A DNA stretch of 64,000 nt from Clostridiales bacterium. GTDB lineage: Bacteria; Bacillota; Clostridia; Lachnospirales; UBA12420. Position numbers and translations under genes: made by a program. The DNA lies in assembly GCA_003452395.1 (NCBI GenBank), contig DMOI01000041.1, positions 8,362 through 72,361 of the forward strand. Reading direction: 5' to 3'. Each line of letters begins with the position of its first letter. The stretch's first letter is position 1. The notes under the pieces are model-generated. The model ran no database searches, was not told where the DNA came from, and worked only from the letters and a program-made list of their open reading frames with translations. Shown here piece after piece: positions 29,395 to 37,867 of this stretch.

Positions 29395-30675
29395 CTACTC
29401 CATATACTCAAACTCTATGTCATATATTCTCACTGTATCGCCTTCTTTTAATCCTTTGCGCTTTAGTTCATCTATTATTTTGTGTTCCTTCATAAATTTT
29501 TGTACGAAGTCAAGTCCTTTTTCTGTTTCAATATTTGTGTAGCCTATCATTTTTTCTACACCTCTACCCTCAACTACATAATAATCATCACTGTATTTTG
29601 TTACTGTAAATTCATTATATTTTTCATCAGTATTCTCACTAATAAAATACTCTTGCTTAAATTCTACATTTTCAAATTCATTGTTATCAAGCATTGTTGC
29701 AACGTAGTTAAACAATTCATCTAATCCCTTGTGAGCAAATCCAGATATAGGAAAAACTCTAACATTAGGTTCAAATTCTGATTTTATTTTTTCTATTATG
29801 TCATCACCCTCTGGTAGCACATCTATCTTATTAGCAGCTATAACCTGTGGCTTTTTAGCTAATTTTTCACTGTATGAATGTAACTCATTATTTATCTTTT
29901 CTATATCAACAAGTGGATTTCTCCCTTCTGTTCCTGCTGCATCAACCACGTGTATCAGTACTTTTGTTCTTTCTATATGCCTCAAAAATTCAAATCCTAA
30001 TCCTGCACCTTTGTGTGCATCTTCTATAAGCCCCGGTATGTCTGCCATAAGAAAGGTCTTTCCTGATTTTATTTTCACAACTCCCATGTTAGGTGATAGC
30101 GTCGTAAACTGATAACTACCTATTTTAGGGTTTGCATTTGTCACAGCAGAAAGTAGAGTTGACTTTCCTGCATTAGGGAATCCAACTAATCCAACATCAG
30201 CTATCGTTTTAAGCTCAAATATAACGAGTAGTTCTTTCCCTTCCTTGCCATTTTCTGCATATCTAGGTGCTTGCTGTCTCGAAGTCGCAAAATGCTGATT
30301 CCCAAGTCCACCCTTACCACCTTTAAGTAACACAAACTCTTGATTTTCCTTATTCATATCTATTATTACCTGACCAGACTCCGCTTCTTTCACAACAGTC
30401 CCAACTGGTACTTTTATAATAAGATCATCCGCACTTTTTCCATGGCAGTTTTTCTTTAAACCCTTTCCACCATTTTCAGCTCTAAAATGCTTTTGGTGTT
30501 TATACGCTATCAGGTTATTCATTCCTGTATCTGTCTTTAGGATTATGTCCCCACCATTACCACCATCTCCACCATCTGGTCCACCAGTTGGAACATACTT
30601 TTCTTTTCTAAATGATGACGACCCATTCCCACCATCTCCAGCTTTTACATATATTTTTGTTTTATCTATAAACAT
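29395..30675 (-). CDS. obg: GTPase Obg/CgtA
   Basis: MFIDKTKIYVKAGDGGNG, glycine-rich Obg fold, GFPNAGKSTLL, C-terminal TGS/OCT. Start set at ATG 30675 (SD AAGGAGAA 7 nt upstream); the ORF is open to 30702. Confidence 0.95.
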   Translation of the reverse strand: MFIDKTKIYVKAGDGGNGSSSFRKEKYVPTGGPDGGDGGNGGDIILKTDTGMNNLIAYKHQKHFRAENGGKGLKKNCHGKSADDLIIKVPVGTVVKEAESGQVIIDMNKENQEFVLLKGGKGGLGNQHFATSRQQAPRYAENGKEGKELLVIFELKTIADVGLVGFPNAGKSTLLSAVTNANPKIGSYQFTTLSPNMGVVKIKSGKTFLMADIPGLIEDAHKGAGLGFEFLRHIERTKVLIHVVDAAGTEGRNPLVDIEKINNELHSYSEKLAKKPQVIAANKIDVLPEGDDIIEKIKSEFEPNVRVFPISGFAHKGLDELFNYVATMLDNNEFENVEFKQEYFISENTDEKYNEFTVTKYSDDYYVVEGRGVEKMIGYTNIETEKGLDFVQKFMKEHKIIDELKRKGLKEGDTVRIYDIEFEYME

Positions 30676-30777
30676 ATTCATTTCTCCTTCGCAATCTAAC
30701 ATTACTATTTGTTATTATAATATCATATTTTTACCATTTTATCAATGTTTTTTAGAAACTAAAAAAACCAGAAAATT

Positions 30778-31386
30778 CTATTCCTGATTTTTATTGTTTA
30801 TTTCATAGTCCAATTGTCTTTTTATATACTCTTTTAAATCAGTTATATTAAGAACCGACTTCCTCATTATGTCAAGATACTCTTCCTTATTTATCATATC
30901 AAACCTCAGGTTATGTCCTGCTGCCTCAGCTAAAAGTTCTATAAATTTTCTTATTGTGCGCCCATTGCCTTCACGAAAAGGATGAATTATATTAAATTCT
31001 GCTTTATAATATGCAAGCCTTTCTGATAATCTATCACTATCCATGTCTTTCAAATAATTATCGTCCTTTAACTCCCCAAATACTCTTTTAAGTTCACTTT
31101 TTATATTTTCAGGATAGGCAAAAGTAGTATTGTCTTTATGTATTCTTACCTTTCTATATTCTCCTGCCCAATCAAGAATTTCTTCAAGCAAAAACTTATG
31201 AATAGCTTTAAAATACTTTTCATCTAAAACCTTGCCTAACCTTTTTGTTTCTATCTCAATAAGTTTAAGCCCTGTGAGGTCACGCTCAAGGCTTATTAGT
31301 TTTTCTTTATCCCTTATGTTAAACTTATTTTTTAAGACACCTGTATTCTTGTAACAATAAATATCATCCTGTATATCATAATCCAT
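30778..31386 (-). CDS. fic: Fic family protein (AMPylase-type toxin candidate)
   Basis: 202 aa. The Fic motif HPFREGNGRTIR is intact. Confidence 0.85.
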   Translation of the reverse strand: MDYDIQDDIYCYKNTGVLKNKFNIRDKEKLISLERDLTGLKLIEIETKRLGKVLDEKYFKAIHKFLLEEILDWAGEYRKVRIHKDNTTFAYPENIKSELKRVFGELKDDNYLKDMDSDRLSERLAYYKAEFNIIHPFREGNGRTIRKFIELLAEAAGHNLRFDMINKEEYLDIMRKSVLNITDLKEYIKRQLDYEINNKNQE

Positions 31387-31392
31387 AATCCA

Positions 31393-31569
31393 TCACCCTA
31401 TATATTGATTTAAAATCATTTTTCTTGCAGCATCTATAGTACATTCTCCAATAAGTACTTGCCTATACAAATCAATAGTTTCTTGTGGCAATTTCATTCC
31501 TTCAAACTCCATGGTACATTTTATATTATTTAGCTTCTTTTCTACCTCATTATGAGTATGTTTTTTCAT
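31393..31569 (-). CDS. VbhA-like Fic antitoxin candidate
   Basis: Small protein directly upstream of fic. It contains TMEFEG, which fits the (S/T)xxxE(G/N) inhibitory motif. Start moved to ATG 31569 (MKKHTHNEV...); the ORF is open to 31605. Confidence 0.6.
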   Translation of the reverse strand: MKKHTHNEVEKKLNNIKCTMEFEGMKLPQETIDLYRQVLIGECTIDAARKMILNQYIG

Positions 31570-31699
31570 GAATTCAATCCTTTCTTTATATATTATACTA
31601 CACACAAAACAATCTCTACTTACAGATAATTATCCTAATTTCATTATACTACAAATTAAATATTTTTCAATACATTGTTATAATCTTTTATCCATTATA

Positions 31700-31757
31700 A
31701 TAAATTCACCCTAAAAAATTATCATAAAACTATAATAACTTTTTAGGGTGAATTTAT
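31700..31757 (-). terminator. long hairpin after the 153-aa gene
   Basis: AAATTCACCCTAAAAA ... TTTTTAGGGTGAATTT, a 16-bp perfect stem with a ~22-nt loop. Confidence 0.6.
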
Positions 31758-31786
31758 TCAAGACCATTTTATATCTTACGCTCTTA

Positions 31787-32248
31787 TTACTCTAATTCTG
31801 CCAGCTCAACCTTTAACTCTAGTCCTGAAAAATCTCCTGTTAAGTTAGCTACAAATTGTTTACTCCCATTTGCTTGTATTTTATCTGCAAACGCATTTGC
31901 AGTTATTACTAGTTTATTATTATTATCATAAAAATATATGTTCATATATGGAGTAATTACGTCACTCGTTAAGTTTTCTATTGTCCCTGTTACTGTTGTT
32001 ATGTTATCTTTCACACTTGATGTTATACTAGAAAATTTTACTTTATCTTGTATTTTCTTTGTTTCTTCCGATACTTCTATTTTTAGCTCTTCTGGATTTT
32101 CTACTTTTATTTGTACTTTTTCTTCTGCATTTTTAGTATCTGCTCCATTAATTGTTTCCTGCTTTGAATTATTACCTATAATAGACATTATGATTATTAT
32201 TAACCCTATTGCGATTACTGCTCCTATTATTATTTTTTTCTTTTCCAT
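31787..32248 (-). CDS. membrane-anchored hypothetical protein
   Basis: 153 aa with an N-terminal TM helix. NIYFYDNNNK weakly resembles FxLYD-domain proteins. Confidence 0.35.
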   Translation of the reverse strand: MEKKKIIIGAVIAIGLIIIIMSIIGNNSKQETINGADTKNAEEKVQIKVENPEELKIEVSEETKKIQDKVKFSSITSSVKDNITTVTGTIENLTSDVITPYMNIYFYDNNNKLVITANAFADKIQANGSKQFVANLTGDFSGLELKVELAELE

Positions 32249-32377
32249 TTACTTATCTCTCCTTTTTATTTTAGTATATACTATACTTCTTATTAATATA
32301 ATACTACTTTTTTCACCTTTTTGCAATAGCTTTTAACATTTTTTAATGTATATCCGTCTGTTTTACTAAACATCAAT

Positions 32378-33208
32378 TTAAAGCACTGCAATCCCTACAG
32401 CCCCAGGCCCTAGATGCACTCCTATAGTAGGTCCCATATCGCATTTATGTACACTACTCGCTCCGTATTCCGTTTTTAATCTTTCTATCATTTTTTCAGC
32501 TGCCTCATCACATGCAGCATTCAACACAAATATATCAGAATCTTCTTTTATGTAATCTTTCATATACTCCAATATGTATGTTACACCTTTCCCAGTTCCG
32601 CGAACCTTATCAAGAGTATCAATACGACCATCTTTTAGTACAAGTATTGGTTTTAAATTGAGAACTGTTCCTATCATAGCTTTTGCAGCTGATAGTCTTC
32701 CGCCTTTTTTTAAATACTCAAGAGTATCTGCCATAACAACAAGTTTAGAATTACCTTTTATCTGCTCTATCTCTTTAACTATTTCATCTATCGTTTTTCC
32801 TTTTTCTATTAGTTTTGCAGCATGTAAAATTATACCTCCCAAACCAACAGTAACATTTCTAGAATCTATTATGTGAATTTTATCACTCTCTATTAACTCT
32901 TTTGCAATTTGAGCTGAATTAAAAGTACCACTTAAATCACTAGATATAAATATACCTAATACCTCGTCTTTTGCTTTTAAAATTTCTTCAAATATATCTT
33001 CAAACTCCGCTGGATTTACTTGAGATGTTTTTGGAAGTTCCTCACAAGTCTTCAATTTTTCATAAAACATTTTTGCTGAGATTTCTACCGTATCCTTGTA
33101 ACTTTTATCTTTAAAATGCACAGTAAGTGGTGCTATTTTAATATTATACTTCCTTATTAGCACGTCATTTAAATCCGATGTACTATCAGTTACTATCCTT
33201 ATCCCCAT
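32378..33208 (-). CDS. DegV family fatty-acid-binding protein
   Basis: 276 aa. IRIVTDSTSDL N-terminus and the overall DegV pattern. Confidence 0.9.
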   Translation of the reverse strand: MGIRIVTDSTSDLNDVLIRKYNIKIAPLTVHFKDKSYKDTVEISAKMFYEKLKTCEELPKTSQVNPAEFEDIFEEILKAKDEVLGIFISSDLSGTFNSAQIAKELIESDKIHIIDSRNVTVGLGGIILHAAKLIEKGKTIDEIVKEIEQIKGNSKLVVMADTLEYLKKGGRLSAAKAMIGTVLNLKPILVLKDGRIDTLDKVRGTGKGVTYILEYMKDYIKEDSDIFVLNAACDEAAEKMIERLKTEYGASSVHKCDMGPTIGVHLGPGAVGIAVL

Positions 33209-33337
33209 ATCATCAGCTCCCCTATGTTTTTTGATATTTAAATATATTCTACCTTTTTATCTATCATATGTCAAGTGAATTTATGTACAATAACTTAGTA
33301 TGTATCCCTAAGTCAAAGTCTTTCACTTTCAACTTAC

Positions 33338-34486
33338 TTAGTCCAAACTCTTTCTAAACCTCAGCACCGCAATGGTAAGTATAACAACCCCAAATATCAT
33401 CAGTGCAACAACATCTTGCCATATATATTCTAATCCCACACCCTTTGACACTATTCCTCTTATTATATTCAAGAAATATGTAACGGGTATTGCATATCCT
33501 ACCCAATTTATAGCTGTGGGCATTGCTTCTCTTGGAAATATATATCCTGAGAGTAGTATACTTGGTAGAATTACTAATATAATAAACATCATCGCTTGCA
33601 TTTGGTTATTTGCGAATGTGGATATAAGCATTCCAATAGCTAGTGAACATACCACAAACAGGAACCCTAGCACAAGTAAGAGTGGTATGCTTCCGACTGG
33701 CCATATTCCAAACCAAAATATGCATATCGCGAGTGCGAACAAAAATCCTGCATAACCTATAAATATGTACGGTATCAATTTTCCCAGTATCAGTTCTACT
33801 GGTCTAATGGGTGATACCATGAGTTGTTCTATCGTTCCTCGTTCTTTTTCACGTACTAGTGCAAATGCTGTTAGCATTATAGTTATGTTCTGAAGTATGA
33901 TTCCTACAAGCCCCGGTATCGTGAATTTATTGCTTTCAAGATTGGGATTATAAAAAACCTTTGTATTTATTTTAACACCTGGCATGTCTAAAAAGGATAG
34001 CCCTTTCTCTTTCAACATTTTCTTTTTGAATTCTGTAGAATATATTTCATTGACAAGCACGCCACTACTCATAGCCGTTCTAGCAGTCGTAGGATCAGTT
34101 CCATCTATAACAAGCAATGTTTCTGGGGTCTTACCTTTGCTAATATCCTCTGCATAATTCGCAGGTATTACGAGTCCTGCTTTTATTTTACCTTTGTCAA
34201 TAAGATTTGCCATCTCTTTATCACTAAGGACATAATCAGTAACTTCAAAATAATTGGATGCCTCGAATTTATCTATATACTCCCTGCTTTCTTGTGTCCT
34301 ACTTTGATCAAATATAGCCGTTCTTATATCATCAACTTCAGTATTAACAGCATATCCAAATAAAAGCATCATCATTATTGGCATAGCAATAGGTAGTCTA
34401 AGTGCAATTGGATCCCGTCTCATCTGAATAAACTCTTTTTTTACTATTGCAAAAAACCTTTGTAGATTAAAACCCATGTAGATCAC
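33338..34486 (-). CDS. ABC-2 type transporter permease
   Basis: 382 aa: one N-terminal TM helix, a large extracytoplasmic loop, then five C-terminal TM helices. Follows the ATPase gene by 3 nt. Confidence 0.8.
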   Translation of the reverse strand: MIYMGFNLQRFFAIVKKEFIQMRRDPIALRLPIAMPIMMMLLFGYAVNTEVDDIRTAIFDQSRTQESREYIDKFEASNYFEVTDYVLSDKEMANLIDKGKIKAGLVIPANYAEDISKGKTPETLLVIDGTDPTTARTAMSSGVLVNEIYSTEFKKKMLKEKGLSFLDMPGVKINTKVFYNPNLESNKFTIPGLVGIILQNITIMLTAFALVREKERGTIEQLMVSPIRPVELILGKLIPYIFIGYAGFLFALAICIFWFGIWPVGSIPLLLVLGFLFVVCSLAIGMLISTFANNQMQAMMFIILVILPSILLSGYIFPREAMPTAINWVGYAIPVTYFLNIIRGIVSKGVGLEYIWQDVVALMIFGVVILTIAVLRFRKSLD

Positions 34487-34489
34487 CTC

Positions 34490-35266
34490 CTACTCATTCA
34501 AAAACTTCATATCTCCAAACGAACTTACCTTTATTCCATTTATCTCTTCAACATACTTTATAAATACATCCTCTAAGTCTTTCGAGTTTGCGTGTGCAAT
34601 TATGTCGCTCGGTGCAGCTATTTCCCCTATCAAATTACCATTAAATATAAAGCCTATCATATCACAGCTTTCAGCTTCATCCATATAATGAGTTGTGACA
34701 AGTATAGTTATTCCCTGGGTAGCAAGTTTGTGTATTATCTCCCAGAATATCCTTCTCGACACAGGGTCTACTCCAGCAGTAGGCTCATCTAATACTAATA
34801 GCTTTGGTTTATGTATAAGAGCGCAGCCTAGTGCAAGTCTTTGTTTCCAACCTCCAGAAAGATTTTTGGCTAATGTTTTCTCCTTACCATTTAGACTTGC
34901 CATAAATATTAGTTCTTCTTTTCGTTCATCCCTAACCTTTCTATTTAAACCATATACTCCTGCATAAAAATCTAGATTTTCTTCTACAGTCAAATCATCA
35001 TATAAGCTAAACCTTTGTGACATATATCCTAGATTTTGTTTTACTTTCTCTGGGTTTCTTAATATATCATATCCCATAACAGTTCCCGTTCCCGATGTAG
35101 GGGTCAAAACTCCACATAGCATTCTTATTGTCGTAGACTTTCCTGAACCATTAGGTCCTAGGAATCCAAATATCTTGCCTTTTGGAATTTTAAAACTAAT
35201 ACTATTTACAGCTACATAATTATCAAATTTTTTAGTAAGATTATCTATTTCTATTGCATACTCCAT
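34490..35266 (-). CDS. ABC transporter ATP-binding protein
   Basis: 258 aa. GPNGSGKST, LSGGWKQRL, LLVLDEPT. Confidence 0.9.
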   Translation of the reverse strand: MEYAIEIDNLTKKFDNYVAVNSISFKIPKGKIFGFLGPNGSGKSTTIRMLCGVLTPTSGTGTVMGYDILRNPEKVKQNLGYMSQRFSLYDDLTVEENLDFYAGVYGLNRKVRDERKEELIFMASLNGKEKTLAKNLSGGWKQRLALGCALIHKPKLLVLDEPTAGVDPVSRRIFWEIIHKLATQGITILVTTHYMDEAESCDMIGFIFNGNLIGEIAAPSDIIAHANSKDLEDVFIKYVEEINGIKVSSFGDMKFLNE

Positions 35267-35282
35267 GTTTTCACCCCCTAAT

Positions 35283-35379
35283 GAAAGTTGAAAGTTGAAA
35301 GTTGAGAGTTGAAAGTGAAGAACTAAAAATTAACTACGTAATAACTTTTCACTTTTCTTTTCAACTTTCCACTTTCAAC
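35283..35379. repeat. palindromic GTTGAAA-heptad array between the hlyD-like and ABC ATPase genes
   Basis: The left arm 35287-35321 reads GTTGAAA GTTGAAA GTTGAGA GTTGAAA GTGAAGA. The right arm 35346-35379 is the imperfect reverse complement (TTTTCAC TTTTCTT TTCAAC TTTCCAC TTTCAAC) and overlaps the hlyD stop. Confidence 0.85.
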
Positions 35380-36490
35380 TTAATATAACGTCCAACGTCA
35401 TACCTGGTCTTAGTTTTTCAATATTATCCAGTACTTCAACTTTTATCTTAAATACTGTGTTTTCTTTTGCCTCACTTGTTTCAGTATTTTTAGGTGTATA
35501 TTCAGCTTCCGATGATATATAAGTAATCTTACCTTTAATAATTTGTTTAGGATTTAGATTTGATTTTAGTGTAACTTCATCATTAACCTTAACTAATCCT
35601 AAATTTCTTTGCGTAACATAAGTTGTTATAAACATATTTGAAAGATCAGATACTGTTCCTATGTTTGTTCCCATGTTTACGATATCACCAATCTCTAGAT
35701 TTTTTTGTACCAAGGTACCTCTCACCTGAGATTTTATCTCATATCTTGAAAGCACCAATTTTGCTTGTTCGAGTAATATTTTCGATGATTCTAGTTCCGC
35801 TTCTACCATTTTTATTGCTTCTACTGTAGAACCACTTTTTAGTAATTCTAAATTTGCAACTGCTTGTTCTACCCCTGCATCAGCCACTTTTATAGTTTCC
35901 TTTGTAGGTCCATTTTTTAAAAGTTCAAGACTCGCAATTGCAGAATTATAATTACCCAAAGATGTATCAAATTTATACTTTATTTCTGCTAGCTCATCAT
36001 TTGATATTGCATTTGTTTCATGTAACTTTTTGGCTTCTTCATATTTTTCTGACAAATAATCATAACTTATTTTTGCCGTATTCACAGCTATTTGGGCCTT
36101 ATTTATCTCTTCTTGTCTTGTACCATGTTTAAGCTCATCAAGTTTAGTCCTTGCTGCTTTGACTTGTGCTTCGGCTTGCTTTATCTGTTCTTTCCTCGTA
36201 CCTGCCTTTATATCTAAGAGCTTCAGCTCCTTTAATTTGACGTTTTCCTCAGCTGATTTAACTAAAAGTTTTTGGTTCTCAGAATCTACAATTGCAACAA
36301 TCTCTCCTTCTTGTACACTGTCACCCTCTTCTTTTAGAACTTTTGTAATTTTCCCCTGAACCTCTGAATTAATATCAATTTGCACGGTCTCTATCGTCCC
36401 ACTGATATTAAACTTCTTTTCATTACAACCAGTAAAAATAAAACATTCAACTAATAAAATTATTAATATATTTACTTTAAAACAATTCAT
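35375..36490 (-). CDS. HlyD-family / periplasmic adaptor lipoprotein
   Basis: Lipobox FIFTGC, biotinyl-lipoyl-like GEIVAIVD, long coiled coil, C-terminal beta-barrel. Start set at ATG 36490 (SD GGAAGGGAG); the ORF is open to 36517. Confidence 0.8.
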   Translation of the reverse strand: MNCFKVNILIILLVECFIFTGCNEKKFNISGTIETVQIDINSEVQGKITKVLKEEGDSVQEGEIVAIVDSENQKLLVKSAEENVKLKELKLLDIKAGTRKEQIKQAEAQVKAARTKLDELKHGTRQEEINKAQIAVNTAKISYDYLSEKYEEAKKLHETNAISNDELAEIKYKFDTSLGNYNSAIASLELLKNGPTKETIKVADAGVEQAVANLELLKSGSTVEAIKMVEAELESSKILLEQAKLVLSRYEIKSQVRGTLVQKNLEIGDIVNMGTNIGTVSDLSNMFITTYVTQRNLGLVKVNDEVTLKSNLNPKQIIKGKITYISSEAEYTPKNTETSEAKENTVFKIKVEVLDNIEKLRPGMTLDVILS

Positions 36491-36604
36491 ATCAACACTC
36501 CCTTCCTCACTATTCATTCCTTACTTCTATAATACTAAATTTTTTAAAAATTGCAAGGTCTTAAAATAAAAAAGAGCAGCTTTGGCCCTTTTTTTATTAT
36601 TCGC

Positions 36605-36961
36605 TTATTGTCTACACTTATCTAATTGCCATTTATATACATATGCTCGTAAATTTTTTTCCGTATTATATGGCATCTTTTCAAACTTCGCCCCGCATTT
36701 ATGCATTTTATTTTCAGAACTCACTCTAATTATTTTACAAATAATTATTTCAATTGTTTGGTTTATCTGCAATTCTATTATATATCTTTTTCCTTCCTCT
36801 ATCTTCTCATCAGTAATAAAATGTATCCCTGTTGCACTTATGTCAGAAATTTCTACATTAAATTTATCTTTTTCCATTACTTGTTCCCTTGGGTAATCTA
36901 ATGCCTTAGCCATTTTTACTATTATATTACAGTGTGCCCTTAAATCATTCCTGTGTTGCAT
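36605..36961 (-). CDS. PilZ domain protein (c-di-GMP receptor candidate)
   Basis: 118 aa. RNDLR (RxxxR) near the N-terminus and DISATG (DxSxxG). Confidence 0.7.
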   Translation of the reverse strand: MQHRNDLRAHCNIIVKMAKALDYPREQVMEKDKFNVEISDISATGIHFITDEKIEEGKRYIIELQINQTIEIIICKIIRVSSENKMHKCGAKFEKMPYNTEKNLRAYVYKWQLDKCRQ

Positions 36962-36995
36962 ATTATCCTCTCCTCATATGTTTTATTATACTTTT

Positions 36996-37682
36996 TTAAT
37001 AATTTTTCTCTATCCTTGCTGGAAGCGTTCCAATAAACTCTAGTTTATCGTCATCTATATATAATTGACCAATAGAAAGTCCAACATATTTTGAAATTAT
37101 AAAGTTAGCAAATGGTGATAACGATACTTGAACTTTATCTACTACCTCAGTTCCCAAATGAATATTCCCTATATATATTGTTTCTACAGATGCGTCTATA
37201 TTATATTTACCGTATGAATTAATCTTTCCTTTCATATATACAGGAGTACCCACCATCATATCTAAGAATGATGCGTACTTGCCCATCTTAGGATCTTCCT
37301 TAGCTGTCTCCTTTAAAAAATCAACAGTAGCTTTTTCTAAAGTGAAGTTTACCTCCATTTCATTATAATTTAAAAATTTTACTTTTATATTACTTATAGG
37401 TCCAAGTTCATCATTCGCTGTAGACAATATTGCGCTCATTTCTTTACTTGAAAAACTAGTTTGTACTACATTTTGTCCGTAACATATAATTTTATTATTC
37501 AATGCATCTGTTAAGTTTAAATCATTAATATTTCCAACTGCCAGTTTTGTCTTTTCTATTCCGCTTTCATAATCAGCCGTAGTCCACTCTACTTCAACAT
37601 TTTTCGTCATCCGTAAAAAACATGTAAAGCCAATAGCAAAAATTATTAAATCAAAAATTATAAATTTTATAAATTTATTCAT
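36996..37682 (-). CDS. membrane-anchored hypothetical protein
   Basis: 228 aa with an N-terminal TM helix. No motif recognised. Confidence 0.4.
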   Translation of the reverse strand: MNKFIKFIIFDLIIFAIGFTCFLRMTKNVEVEWTTADYESGIEKTKLAVGNINDLNLTDALNNKIICYGQNVVQTSFSSKEMSAILSTANDELGPISNIKVKFLNYNEMEVNFTLEKATVDFLKETAKEDPKMGKYASFLDMMVGTPVYMKGKINSYGKYNIDASVETIYIGNIHLGTEVVDKVQVSLSPFANFIISKYVGLSIGQLYIDDDKLEFIGTLPARIEKNY

Positions 37683-37789
37683 TTAGCACCTCCCCTTATA
37701 GATTCGCAATGCTAATATCAACTATCATATGTATGATTTTATTCCAATATATTAATAATAACTCAACACTATTTTATACATTTCTACAT

Positions 37790-37820
37790 AAAAAGTCAAG
37801 CACTATTTGCTTGACTTTTT
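37790..37820 (-). terminator. rho-independent terminator after nifJ
   Basis: AAAAAGTCAAGC-loop-GCTTGACTTTTT, with a U-run on the minus strand. Confidence 0.85.
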
Positions 37821-37867
37821 ATATCTATAAATGACACACTTAATTATTTCTTTTAATTGTACATGTT

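Noticed and set aside
30676-30702. N-terminal extensions in the track for obg (to 30702), lysS (to 54608), the pilin-like gene (to 18103), the hlyD-like gene (to 36517) and the CYTH gene (to 60994)
   Set aside because: Internal ATGs with well-spaced SD sequences match the conserved family N-termini. The longer forms lack an SD or overlap promoters or upstream genes.
35283-35379. Heptad arrays (also 45101-45135, 41425-41475) considered as a CRISPR array
   Set aside because: The period is 7 nt with no spacers, the arrays are under 100 nt, and no cas genes are present. They are better described as tandem or palindromic repeats.
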